In this document: piece by piece, positions 29,214 through 38,737 of the stretch
Layout: the number at the start of each line of letters is the position of its first letter
Position numbering within the stretch: position 1 is the first letter of the stretch
Sequence record: PQ287642.1
Length of the DNA stretch: 64,000 nt
Reading direction: 5' to 3' (one strand)
The notes under the pieces: generated by a model
Database searches by the model: none
What the model was told of the DNA's origin: nothing
What the model saw: the letters and a program-made list of their open reading frames with translations, nothing else
Program-made: the position numbers and the translations under genes

Positions 29214-29419
29214 ACTTCATTTCCTTGTTTGTAATAAACTGATTTACGAGAATGTGGAAGACACGACATATCACGGACGGGGAAGATCCCGTCCGCGTAT
29301 GCTGTTATCACCTGTGGTCTTGCCCGAGTGGGCATCTCAGCTTCAGCTTTCATGGTTACAGGCAGTACGCCTTTACTGAGAATATCATCAACGAGTTGAT
29401 TCCAGGCGATAGAGTACAT
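29210..29419 (-). CDS. Hypothetical protein
   Basis: Coupled ORF. Confidence 0.6.
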   Translation of the reverse strand: MYSIAWNQLVDDILSKGVLPVTMKAEAEMPTRARPQVITAYADGIFPVRDMSCLPHSRKSVYYKQGNEV

Positions 29420-30216
29420 TATTCGGTACCTTGTTCCGGGAGGAATTGGTTAACAGCATCACGATAGTCTCGATCAGCCAGAGCCAACAGAGACCATTTA
29501 GTTGCTACCGGAAGTTCACGGCATTTACTGGTAACCTGATAGATCGTGTAGCCAGCCACACGCTCAGCAATCGGATCCAGACGCCATTGAGTATCGCGGA
29601 TTTGTTTGATCGCTTTCGGAGAAACCAGATCGTAGACAACACCATGGCTGGTAATACCGATGATGGTAACCTTACCAGCAGCTCGACGAGAAATCTCCTC
29701 CATATCCGATTCTTTCAGGAGCCGGCTCCGGCGAACGATGTGTTGCAAATAGCGGCGAGCATTTCGCAGTGCGTTATGTTCACCCATGAAGTAGAACTCA
29801 CGAATGAACAGGTGTTCGTTGTTGTCGGTACGGATTTGAACAGGACGAGCGAACCCATCACCAATACCCAGTGAACAGGTTTCTTCACGGGACATTCCGA
29901 AGAAGTCTACATGGCTCTTACAAAGCAGATACAGATCACCATGCGGTCCAAGGTATACCTTAGTGGCGCTGGAATCTTCTACGTCGACTTCATTGTGTTC
30001 GCAATAGATACCGAGGCCATTCAGAATCAGTTTAGCCTGATGAAGCTGCTCTTCCATATAACGACTGATGTTACCACCAGTGTAAGCGACTACACCAGTC
30101 AGCAAGTTCTCTCCATTACAGGGAATGATTTCCAGATCGTCGAGTTCAGTTAGCTTGAAAACCTGTTTGACCTTCTCCATATCGAAACGGTCGTAGATAC
30201 CAATGAATTTAGCCAT
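29419..30216 (-). CDS. Hypothetical two-repeat protein, possible Ntn-like paralog
   Basis: GAGG SD before MAKF; IREFYFMGE and GKVTIIGITSHGVVYDL motifs. Confidence 0.6.
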   Translation of the reverse strand: MAKFIGIYDRFDMEKVKQVFKLTELDDLEIIPCNGENLLTGVVAYTGGNISRYMEEQLHQAKLILNGLGIYCEHNEVDVEDSSATKVYLGPHGDLYLLCKSHVDFFGMSREETCSLGIGDGFARPVQIRTDNNEHLFIREFYFMGEHNALRNARRYLQHIVRRSRLLKESDMEEISRRAAGKVTIIGITSHGVVYDLVSPKAIKQIRDTQWRLDPIAERVAGYTIYQVTSKCRELPVATKWSLLALADRDYRDAVNQFLPEQGTE

Positions 30217-30458
30217 GTCGCATTTTCCTCTTTTGGTTAAAGTAATTACATACAACGGGGGTGGGGAGTGTATTCTTACTCGGTACAGCTACTCTTGAGG
30301 TAGCTGCTATCCGAGGAACTATTATGCTGGATTGTATTGGGAGTTTAATACTCATTTCGGATGTACCTAAAGGTAGTGTATATTAAAAGAAGAATAAAGA
30401 GGGGTAATCTCCCCCTCATTAGATCAAGGTGATCCAGTATAAAATTCCTTATCTTTTT

Positions 30459-30695
30459 TTAGATAAGGTTATTGCTCCAGGTGAAACCATCAGGAGCATT
30501 CTTACTAAAGAACTCATTACCCCAACCAAAAGAAATCTTAAAGTCTTTAACTACACCTGAATCGGAGTTAATAACTTTATATTCACTGACCTCATCGCTA
30601 TTCTGCAATACAATCAACAGAGCGATAAGATCTTCAGGATTGCCAATACAGAGCTCATGACGCTTGTCATGTCTCTTAAAGATAACTGTCAGCAT
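30459..30695 (-). CDS. Hypothetical protein
   Basis: GAGG SD. Confidence 0.65.
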   Translation of the reverse strand: MLTVIFKRHDKRHELCIGNPEDLIALLIVLQNSDEVSEYKVINSDSGVVKDFKISFGWGNEFFSKNAPDGFTWSNNLI

Positions 30696-30736
30696 ATCAA
30701 ACCTCGTGACGGAATAAAGAGAGCTCCGAAGAGCTC

Positions 30737-31252
30737 TCAGAATTTATACATCAATACGTCTTTCGGATATCGACGCAGAAGAACCTTGAAATCGGTATCC
30801 ATGGGTGCAGTGGTCGAAGTAACAACTTTACCCTTCATAACTTCACGAAGGTCTACCTCTTCAACTGTGACATTGTGGATAGTCTTCCGAGTGGTCCATT
30901 CCGTATCAATGTTGTTATACGGATTATTATTCTTCTGCCATCCATCTGAATCGCGGAAGGGAATAGTGTAAACATAAATCGTCAACTTGAGGAATTCTTC
31001 AAGTGTGATTAATCGATCGGAGAAGATCCATATATCACCATTGATCTCAACGAAGCGATCAGAGTTAAACTCTTTTTCTACAGCACTACCTATTCCAAGT
31101 AGTTCAGCTTCTCGTTTGACAGAGGTAGCATAAAGATTTAGGTTAGACTCAACCCCATCCCACACTGTTAACTTACCAGACCTTTTAAAGCCAGGCATGA
31201 GTTCCTTCTGTTTGTAGAGAGAGCCATGATACAACAGCTCTGGTTTGTCCAT
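30737..31252 (-). CDS. Possible ADP-ribosyltransferase-fold protein
   Basis: LYHGS and LYATS strands as in H-Y type ART folds. Confidence 0.4.
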   Translation of the reverse strand: MDKPELLYHGSLYKQKELMPGFKRSGKLTVWDGVESNLNLYATSVKREAELLGIGSAVEKEFNSDRFVEINGDIWIFSDRLITLEEFLKLTIYVYTIPFRDSDGWQKNNNPYNNIDTEWTTRKTIHNVTVEEVDLREVMKGKVVTSTTAPMDTDFKVLLRRYPKDVLMYKF

Positions 31253-31316
31253 GATGCGTTTCTCTTGATAAACTCATACGATGGATGCCTTTTACAACAT
31301 CCATCGTCTATGAGCC

Positions 31317-31685
31317 TTACACGGCCTTGTAGCTATCATCCATATCGATAGGACTTCCAGAATAAATCTGGAACCTATTGAACAGACTGTCCATGTCTAT
31401 ACGTAGAGCACGGATATTCATGCGGTTATCACTCGGCCGCCCTTCGGACTCCCAAATGGCATGTGCGATCGAAGGAGCTACGTTATTCAGGTAGTCTTCA
31501 ACCTCATGCTCTTCGAGTAACAGAGTATCCTGGAAACCGATACGGGAGATAATAGCATAGTCACGCTGATCGTGTTTTTTAGAACCTTCACGTACCAGGT
31601 AACTCGTGCCAGATCCATTCCTACAACCATTACCATGAATCTCTACAACGAACTTACCGTGCCATTTGTAGTCCATGTGAAGCAC
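31317..31685 (-). CDS. Hypothetical protein
   Basis: GGAG SD. Confidence 0.7.
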   Translation of the reverse strand: MLHMDYKWHGKFVVEIHGNGCRNGSGTSYLVREGSKKHDQRDYAIISRIGFQDTLLLEEHEVEDYLNNVAPSIAHAIWESEGRPSDNRMNIRALRIDMDSLFNRFQIYSGSPIDMDDSYKAV

Positions 31686-31689
31686 TCCT

Positions 31690-32211
31690 TTATTTGATCC
31701 GCTTCATTACAAGAGGGACAGACAAAGTAATCCCATTCGACAGTTTCTCCAGGATGCGGTTTACAGCAGCAGCCTCTTGGGCGTTCTCACAAGGGAGCAT
31801 AATAGCATCCCCGTAGTAATGACTGTGATCCAGACGATCACCCCAGACACTGTTTACGAAACCATATTCCATGCCGTCGTTTGTAGTTACAATCGCAACG
31901 ACATGGTCAGGACCAATCATACCAGTTTCGAGATCACCGACAAGATCCAGCTTCTGTACAACGCCCCGCTGGCAGATCCATACTTCATGATAACGATAAG
32001 GAGTAAGGTCACCACCAGTGCTCGGATCGACTTCGCTAACGAAATACAGAGTACCCCAGTTCATGCTTTGAAACTGAACGGTCTGCTTGTAAGCTTCCCA
32101 TTTGTCTTCTAGACAGTTTACATGTTTGTCGATCCACAAACCCTCGTTATTGAGGCTATCGACGATACCGTCCCGGACACGTACGACATGAAGAGTCTTA
32201 GTCATTTTCAA
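31690..32211 (-). CDS. Hypothetical protein
   Basis: AGGAG SD. Confidence 0.75.
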   Translation of the reverse strand: MKMTKTLHVVRVRDGIVDSLNNEGLWIDKHVNCLEDKWEAYKQTVQFQSMNWGTLYFVSEVDPSTGGDLTPYRYHEVWICQRGVVQKLDLVGDLETGMIGPDHVVAIVTTNDGMEYGFVNSVWGDRLDHSHYYGDAIMLPCENAQEAAAVNRILEKLSNGITLSVPLVMKRIK

Positions 32212-32218
32212 TCTCCTT

Positions 32219-32665
32219 TTAATAGTTTCTGAATCGATCGTAAGTGACTTTTTCTTTAAGCCGATCGATAATGTAATTACGACCTTGAGTGAACTGAAGT
32301 TTTTGATGACTGTCCAACTCGCTCCATTCGGTCAAGCGAGGAAGATCTGAAACCTGATCATATTTCGCCTTATTGAGCTTCTTGATCATGTCCCAGATAT
32401 AGTCACCTTCAATGAACCAGCGGAGACCAGTGAACGTATCCACGTCAGTTAGCTTGACCCCATAGAGGCTAAGATCAACTCCTGCTTCTTCTGCCATCTT
32501 ACAGGTCTTTTTATAGGCATCGAATACCGCACGAAGGCGATGGTCGAAACCATCACCCTCGCACATTTCGATAGCTACGATCAACATCGGAAACGTATCA
32601 CTGTAGAACTTGATCAGCTTCCGGGTCGCTGCTTCCAGCGCTTTCTGCTTTTGCGTTTTTGCCAT
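32219..32665 (-). CDS. Helical protein, paralog of 32598-33110
   Basis: Shared A.E.G....GV...W....WD.I..LN pattern. Confidence 0.7.
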   Translation of the reverse strand: MAKTQKQKALEAATRKLIKFYSDTFPMLIVAIEMCEGDGFDHRLRAVFDAYKKTCKMAEEAGVDLSLYGVKLTDVDTFTGLRWFIEGDYIWDMIKKLNKAKYDQVSDLPRLTEWSELDSHQKLQFTQGRNYIIDRLKEKVTYDRFRNY

Positions 32666-33110
32666 TTTTAATATCCCTAAATTCACGAAGGAATTCTTTG
32701 TGTTCATCGTAATGTTTAAAAGCCAGTGCAAGCACATTAAGTGCCTTCCCGAAAGCGCGTCGTTCACTGACGGGATATTCTGACCAGATTTTAAACTTGT
32801 TCTTTGGTAGTTGAAAGTTCAGATGTACGATCGTGTCCCAATAGGAATACGAAAGCAACCAGCTCGCATGTTCATAGACAGTGTGGTTAGCAGGGTCTAC
32901 ACCCATCACATCCATGTAGATGCCGTTTTCTTTCGCCACGCACAGAAGATTCCTGTGACAATGGAGAAGGTCAGTCATCACATCTACGTCTGGTATACCT
33001 TTACCAGAATAAGAATGGAACTTACGAACCATTACCATCCAGGCCTCGAATGCTCTTTTAAATGCAGCAGTCTGCCGACGCGTCTTCGTTGATTTCTTAG
33101 TCTCCATCAT
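32598..33110 (-). CDS. Helical protein, paralog of 32219-32665
   Basis: Shared pattern as above. Confidence 0.7.
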   Translation of the reverse strand: MMETKKSTKTRRQTAAFKRAFEAWMVMVRKFHSYSGKGIPDVDVMTDLLHCHRNLLCVAKENGIYMDVMGVDPANHTVYEHASWLLSYSYWDTIVHLNFQLPKNKFKIWSEYPVSERRAFGKALNVLALAFKHYDEHKEFLREFRDIKNGKNAKAESAGSSDPEADQVLQ

Positions 33111-33690
33111 GATGCTCCACTCGACCAGAAAGGTTATATTCGACCTTGAACTGCATTCTTACCGGAGCGTAAGTTTGCGGATATTCTGGAATACTTTTGT
33201 ATTCACCTTCAAAACAGGTGAACAACATTTCACCCGTATTGACTTTGTAGATACTTGGCATGTAGTGTACGTACCACAGCTTGTCATCTTTTAGAACATA
33301 ATGACCAAAACTGTTTTCACGACGAGCATCTTTTATGACCTGGATATTCTTACCAAGTACGTCTCCGATGAAACCGAGGTGATCATCCAGATCCATACCC
33401 TCGGAATCACCATTCATGACTAAAGCTTCAGGAGACAAATACATCTTTCGAATGGTGGCATTAACCGGTTCGAGATAACCTTTCTCTACACCCGACATCC
33501 ATTTGTTGAAAGAACCAATCCGCTTGGGATCGTCTGTACCTACCAGGATAGTGGTATCGTCATAAACGATATTAATCAAATCGTAGCCAGCTGCACGATT
33601 ACGTTGAATGATCCAACCATGATAGTTGACCCGCAGAAAAGCCATTGCATGTAGTTTGCCTCGGAGGGCTTCCAGAGTAAGCTTTTTCAT
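33097..33690 (-). CDS. Hypothetical protein
   Basis: AAGGA SD; weak resemblance to the Ntn-like set. Confidence 0.7.
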   Translation of the reverse strand: MKKLTLEALRGKLHAMAFLRVNYHGWIIQRNRAAGYDLINIVYDDTTILVGTDDPKRIGSFNKWMSGVEKGYLEPVNATIRKMYLSPEALVMNGDSEGMDLDDHLGFIGDVLGKNIQVIKDARRENSFGHYVLKDDKLWYVHYMPSIYKVNTGEMLFTCFEGEYKSIPEYPQTYAPVRMQFKVEYNLSGRVEHHDGD

Positions 33691-33699
33691 TTTAGTTCC

Positions 33700-34161
33700 T
33701 TAGTAAACGCCATTGATGATGGCCTCGCGGAAACGAGCCCACTCAGTTTGACCAACTACCAGCTCTCTTTCTTTTGGACGCCAGAGGTGGTCGCCGCAAT
33801 CAAGACCTAGGTAAAGCATATTAGCTTTCCATTGGTTCCGATGGTTACGCAGTGTAGCCGACAGACTGAACTCACGCATAACTTCATTAACATCCAAATG
33901 AACCAGAGTTTCACTGGTCATTCCGCTCATGCTGATACCAAGAACCTCACGAACACGAATCAGATCATCCGTCATCGAACGCCAGGCTTGGATATGTGCG
34001 TAATACTCATCTGGAGTCATGCTGTTTTTATAGTTCGATGCTCCGGGCGTCATGGACATCCAACTCGGAAATTGGATAGACATGTAGTAAAGCCAGTCGC
34101 TATCGTATCGCAGTTCGTTCAGTTTTTCCTGGATAATGGGGTTGGTGGTTGCTTTAGCCAT
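33700..34161 (-). CDS. Helical protein, paralog of 34161-34616
   Basis: KL.EL..D...Y....FP..M...P.G..NYK and W.....L.L......W.....E. Confidence 0.75.
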   Translation of the reverse strand: MAKATTNPIIQEKLNELRYDSDWLYYMSIQFPSWMSMTPGASNYKNSMTPDEYYAHIQAWRSMTDDLIRVREVLGISMSGMTSETLVHLDVNEVMREFSLSATLRNHRNQWKANMLYLGLDCGDHLWRPKERELVVGQTEWARFREAIINGVY

Positions 34162-34616
34162 TAGACTACTACCTCGCGTAGATAAGCAATGAGTTCCTCC
34201 TGGAACTCAGCCCAGACAGATTTCATATCAACCCCTTCAGGTTGACGTGCACGCCATACATCGGAGTCTGCCGGTAGTTCCAGCGCTTTACAGATATCAC
34301 GCCATTGGTGAACATACTTACGGACACCAGCCGGAGTGGAAAGAACCACCAGAGAATCGATGGTAGCCAATTTAACGAAAGGTTCGTCTTCAATCGGCAT
34401 ACCACCCCAACTGACATCAATCTCACGAACGATGTCATTCAGTTCAGCCAGGCGATGATGGAACTCGACAACACCTTCACGACCAGGTTTGTAGTTCAGA
34501 CCAGACGGCATGGTACGCATCATGGCCGGGAACAGTTCGGTCAGCACAGCGTAGTAACGCTCGTCCTTGGCCAGATCACGGAGTTTGTTTTCGAGCATGG
34601 AATTAACTTTAGGCAT
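34161..34616 (-). CDS. Helical protein, paralog of 33700-34161
   Basis: Shared pattern as above. Confidence 0.75.
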   Translation of the reverse strand: MPKVNSMLENKLRDLAKDERYYAVLTELFPAMMRTMPSGLNYKPGREGVVEFHHRLAELNDIVREIDVSWGGMPIEDEPFVKLATIDSLVVLSTPAGVRKYVHQWRDICKALELPADSDVWRARQPEGVDMKSVWAEFQEELIAYLREVVV

Positions 34617-34642
34617 TTCTATTTCCTCAGGGCTTGATGGAA

Positions 34643-35161
34643 TTAAGCAGTTGTAACTTTAGGTTGGACGGGTTTGATAATTTCGTTATAGGACATCCAG
34701 TTGTAGGTGGTGAAGAACTTCGGATGACTTACTTTCAACCATTTAACGAACTTATTCAGTTCTTCTTCCCGAACGAAACCATTACCGTAAAGATCACGGC
34801 GGCACGGATCACCCTCGGGCATTTCAGCGCAGTGGGCATCATGCATTTGTCGGATCAACTCCAACAAATTTTCTTTACGTCCAATCAGGAACGTAAATAC
34901 ATGCAGCGGATCCCAACTTGTCATGGTGGTCCACATGGATTTGTTGGCAGTCAGATTTTCGAGCTTGAGCTCTTTCACCTTATCCATCACCAATTTGCAT
35001 TGGACCAACATCCCTTCAAGTTGTTCGTTCGGATCACCGTCAATAATCCAGTGAGAACCGCCAGGCATATAACCGCAGAAGGTGTAAAGATTGTCACGCA
35101 GATACGCATGACGACCGCGTTCCAAAGCTTCAGCCTTCTTTTGTTCCTTAGATTTAGCCAT
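34643..35161 (-). CDS. Hypothetical protein
   Basis: GAGG SD before MAKSK. Confidence 0.7.
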   Translation of the reverse strand: MAKSKEQKKAEALERGRHAYLRDNLYTFCGYMPGGSHWIIDGDPNEQLEGMLVQCKLVMDKVKELKLENLTANKSMWTTMTSWDPLHVFTFLIGRKENLLELIRQMHDAHCAEMPEGDPCRRDLYGNGFVREEELNKFVKWLKVSHPKFFTTYNWMSYNEIIKPVQPKVTTA

Positions 35162-35162
35162 C

Positions 35163-35612
35163 TTAGTAACCCTCGTCAGATTTGAATGTGCGTTCAGGAC
35201 TGAACACGTATTTGATATCGTCAATCACAGCTGTGATATAGACCTGATATTCTTTTGAAATAGATTCCATCAACTCTACCGATACGTACTCCGCAGTTTG
35301 AATACGGTTGTAAGCATCGTCAAGCATGTCATCATCATGACCGAACAACAAACCGAGATCAGTAGAATTGATTACCGGGTAATGTACCCAGTTACGGATA
35401 TACGGTTTACCAAGATGAATTACTTGAATAACTTCATCATGTTCCTGTTTCTTTTTCTTGTTTACGTATTTGACGTGACGTTCGATGAAAGCATAGATAC
35501 CGGAACCGTTGGTGTTACCGTATGCAGCCAGTTCGAAGCCGTATTTATGGTCGATGTTATTGGTGTCACGACGCCATTGAGGAATGAAAGCACTCATTTG
35601 AATTCGTACCAT
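35163..35612 (-). CDS. Hypothetical protein
   Basis: Operon packing. Confidence 0.7.
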   Translation of the reverse strand: MVRIQMSAFIPQWRRDTNNIDHKYGFELAAYGNTNGSGIYAFIERHVKYVNKKKKQEHDEVIQVIHLGKPYIRNWVHYPVINSTDLGLLFGHDDDMLDDAYNRIQTAEYVSVELMESISKEYQVYITAVIDDIKYVFSPERTFKSDEGY

Positions 35613-36109
35613 CCGTTAATGATCAGATCAAGATCCTTCCAGAACAACTGGGAGAATTCATCGAGGGTATCGGCGTCCTCCAGTCCATCGAGATCAACGT
35701 CAGGAGACTTAACGAAACTCATACCAGTTTCGGGATAGATATCTGTGATGACCCTAGTACTGTTGTCAGAGTAATCTCGGGTGAATGTGGTTACCGAATG
35801 GTCAGTAAAAAGAGCGACACAGATATCGCCTTTATGATTCCCCAGTTCATCGGTAAGAGCATCGATGATATCGACATCGATGATATTTCCACCAAAGTCA
35901 AGAATTTTTAGACGATTACGGACAAGTTCATTTGCTGCCCAATCGCCAGACTGGATAACCAAAAGCTTCGCGGTTTCACCGCGATAGGTTACAAGATCTT
36001 CCTCGCCTTCTCGCCGCATACCCCAATCGAAACGGATGTCCGTATCTTCATTGGCTTTATCACGTGCGATGATTACACCCTGCTTACCATAAACTACGAT
36101 ATGTTTCAT
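35594..36109 (-). CDS. Possible degenerate Ntn-fold paralog
   Basis: HIVVYGKQGVIIARD, LLVIQSGDWAANELV, ICVALFTDHSVTTF; no N-terminal Thr. Confidence 0.55.
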   Translation of the reverse strand: MKHIVVYGKQGVIIARDKANEDTDIRFDWGMRREGEEDLVTYRGETAKLLVIQSGDWAANELVRNRLKILDFGGNIIDVDIIDALTDELGNHKGDICVALFTDHSVTTFTRDYSDNSTRVITDIYPETGMSFVKSPDVDLDGLEDADTLDEFSQLFWKDLDLIINGWYEFK

Positions 36110-36126
36110 TTGTATATTCCTTTTGG

Positions 36127-36507
36127 TTAATTGAAACGGCTATATTCAACCCACCATTCTTCGTCGCGAATGTGGAGAGTAGTGCACAGGTCGATAATTG
36201 CATCGAAAAGCAGAACAGTCGTTGGATTGCGTCCAATGAACTGACGTTGGAAAGAAGTGAAGATAGCGATGATGTTATCGCCATCTTCTGTGTCAAACAA
36301 GATCTGATCATGAACAAGAGACATGTCATAGAAATCAATCTTAGACAATGCCTCTAGAAGAACTTCCATGCGAGTGAGGGCGGTATTCAGTTCGAATACA
36401 ATCAGCGGACTGCAACCACGATCCTTATGGTGATGCATGCGATGTTTGGAGATACGTTCGACGATAAGCCGGGGAAGACCTTGTACATCTACGAGTTTAC
36501 GTTTCAT
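36127..36507 (-). CDS. Hypothetical protein
   Basis: GAGG SD. Confidence 0.7.
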   Translation of the reverse strand: MKRKLVDVQGLPRLIVERISKHRMHHHKDRGCSPLIVFELNTALTRMEVLLEALSKIDFYDMSLVHDQILFDTEDGDNIIAIFTSFQRQFIGRNPTTVLLFDAIIDLCTTLHIRDEEWWVEYSRFN

Positions 36508-36563
36508 TTTTGATTTTCCTCTTTACGAAATAGAAGCCCTCCCGAAGGAGGGCAATTATGTTG

Positions 36564-37043
36564 TTACAGGTTGATAACGGTTACGAACTCGAATACACGA
36601 CAGAGTTCTTCGTCACGGTAAGCTTGACGGAAAGGTTTACCTTCTTTACCACAATACGGGAAGAACAGTTTGCGATTCTCCGTATCGCCAAACCAGAAGG
36701 TAGTGGTATTGGAATCGATGATCCCGTGTGTAGCCACATCCCGGATGTTCTGGAATACATGGACCACTTTGTCGGCGATAACGCGAAGTTCCACACCATG
36801 CTCGGTCATCATGGCCAGAATGTCTTCACGACTGTAGTCGGTCCGTTCGTTGTTGGTCATGATCTCGTGAACCAGAGAACGCTTCTCTTTGTCACCGAAG
36901 CAGATGCATACCAGATGAACAGAAGCACCTTCGATCTTCATGCCATTGATAGGTTTAAACAGAACAATGTTCTCGTATTTGAAATCGTTGGTGACGATCA
37001 ATACCGAACTATCACGTACAGCGATACCCAGGCTATAGGCCAT
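36564..37043 (-). CDS. Possible degenerate Ntn-fold paralog
   Basis: YSLGIAVRDSSVLIV, LVCICFGD, ELRVIADKVVHVFQ. Confidence 0.55.
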   Translation of the reverse strand: MAYSLGIAVRDSSVLIVTNDFKYENIVLFKPINGMKIEGASVHLVCICFGDKEKRSLVHEIMTNNERTDYSREDILAMMTEHGVELRVIADKVVHVFQNIRDVATHGIIDSNTTTFWFGDTENRKLFFPYCGKEGKPFRQAYRDEELCRVFEFVTVINL

Positions 37044-37046
37044 GAT

Positions 37047-37406
37047 TTATTCCTCTTTAGCGATTGAAATAGTTGTACTTGCCGCAATCTCATGATCGCG
37101 GAGATACACAAGTTTAACTTTGTAATTACCCGGAGTTTCACCCATTGCCAGGATCAACTTAGGTAGGTCAGGTTGAGTGGTTACATGTGCCAGCATAAGC
37201 TGAGCTGTTTTGAAGTCTTTCCACCGGACCAACTCCTCATTAACATAAGAAGTGACCCATTCAGCGATCTTCTCACCGCGCTTTCGAACGAACCACAAAA
37301 GATCCCGACCATCTTCGGTCGAGACCTTCATGTAGTACGGCGATTGAACGGGGAGCATCAGGTTACGAATATTATTCGCTCCCGATGTATCCCAGTTAAA
37401 TACCAT
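37047..37406 (-). CDS. Hypothetical protein
   Basis: GAGG SD. Confidence 0.7.
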   Translation of the reverse strand: MVFNWDTSGANNIRNLMLPVQSPYYMKVSTEDGRDLLWFVRKRGEKIAEWVTSYVNEELVRWKDFKTAQLMLAHVTTQPDLPKLILAMGETPGNYKVKLVYLRDHEIAASTTISIAKEE

Positions 37407-37413
37407 GCTTACC

Positions 37414-37644
37414 TCACAGACTTGGTGGAGGGAACGCCGGATTTACACGGATATCAGTTTCAGTGACATACACGTAATTGATGGTGGTTTCATCTCGACG
37501 AATACCATACATCAATGGAGCTTTTGCCGGATCGACTACCATGATTCGACCCGGTTGATCTGCTTCCATATAGATCTCACCTTTGGCATTCTTTACCTGA
37601 TTATTGGTGAGAATGAACGTACCACATTTGAATTTCTTTTCCAT
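37414..37644 (-). CDS. Small beta-rich hypothetical protein
   Basis: GAGG SD. Confidence 0.65.
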   Translation of the reverse strand: MEKKFKCGTFILTNNQVKNAKGEIYMEADQPGRIMVVDPAKAPLMYGIRRDETTINYVYVTETDIRVNPAFPPPSL

Positions 37645-37651
37645 GTTTACC

Positions 37652-38296
37652 TCAATTCAACCAACGGTTATCGGTATCAGCGAAACGTGCAGATGCACGA
37701 TGCGGGTAACCGTAAGGGATTTGCGGGAGGATAGGTTGATCGATGAGATTAGAAGGATAACCTTCTTCATCAGGGAAATACCCATCCAGGGAGTAAATCA
37801 ATTGCACTACACGTACACGGTCGGAGTTCGGTCCATAAAAACGGCCGCAGTTCAAACCAACTCCATGCATGAACTGTTCGGAGTCAATAGGAATGAACCG
37901 ATAGTAGTAGCGAAGATTTTTGGTCGACAACAGCTTTTCGTTCAGATAGTCTGCCCAGTCTCCAGCGTTGTACAGATCCCGTTCCTCAATATCGACAGTA
38001 TCTGCGGCTACAGCAGCTGCACGGAAAATGTCACGCACGTAATCTTTTTCAGTAAGACCCATGGTAACAAATTCAGGTAACCCGGTTCGACCAAGACCAA
38101 TGGTGAAACGTGCTTGCGGCAGTTCGTCAGCACGACGCGTATAAATAACGTAGTCATTACCTTCGAATTGATTAACAATCGCCTTCTGGATATCTGCTAC
38201 CTTTTGTTCGAGTACATGCGACATCTCGAATACAGGGTTGTTCGGTTGAATGGCCATACCAGATACAGTTCCTGCAACATCAACTACATTAGACAT
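37652..38296 (-). CDS. DUF4262 family protein
   Basis: FTIGLGRTGLPEFVTMGL...QLIYSLDGYFPDEEGY...QPIL. Confidence 0.75.
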   Translation of the reverse strand: MSNVVDVAGTVSGMAIQPNNPVFEMSHVLEQKVADIQKAIVNQFEGNDYVIYTRRADELPQARFTIGLGRTGLPEFVTMGLTEKDYVRDIFRAAAVAADTVDIEERDLYNAGDWADYLNEKLLSTKNLRYYYRFIPIDSEQFMHGVGLNCGRFYGPNSDRVRVVQLIYSLDGYFPDEEGYPSNLIDQPILPQIPYGYPHRASARFADTDNRWLN

Positions 38297-38333
38297 GTTC
38301 GCTCCTAAGGGAATAAAGAGGACCCGAAGGTCC

Positions 38334-38693
38334 TCAATTGAGTAACAGATAGCTATACTGCGTTTCTTTTAGGGCGATCCGAATGCGACCTTCGATTTGT
38401 TTGGCTTCTGCTTGACTTGCAGGAAACTCCAACAATTCCAAATCGCTGTTTTCTGGATCACCTTCCATCAATCGATTCATCTTAGGCCAAGGGCTAGCTT
38501 GTCCTTTAATGCGTGCGATCAATTGGTCTACATCTTTAGAGACTGTTTTACTTCGCCCCATGACGAACTTACCGGTCCCAAGATGGACAATGCAGTACAA
38601 CCCATTCGTTACAACATCTTTACGTTTCCCCCTACCCCAGATAGTCGAAGACCATTTGTTGTATTGGGTTTCACCATGGAATGCCTGTTGCAT
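38334..38693 (-). CDS. GIY-YIG-like small protein
   Basis: GLYCIVHLGTGKFVMGRS...AKQIEGRI. Confidence 0.5.
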   Translation of the reverse strand: MQQAFHGETQYNKWSSTIWGRGKRKDVVTNGLYCIVHLGTGKFVMGRSKTVSKDVDQLIARIKGQASPWPKMNRLMEGDPENSDLELLEFPASQAEAKQIEGRIRIALKETQYSYLLLN

Positions 38694-38737
38694 TTCAAAA
38701 TCCTTGCTAAATGACTATTACATTTAGCAGCCCAGTA

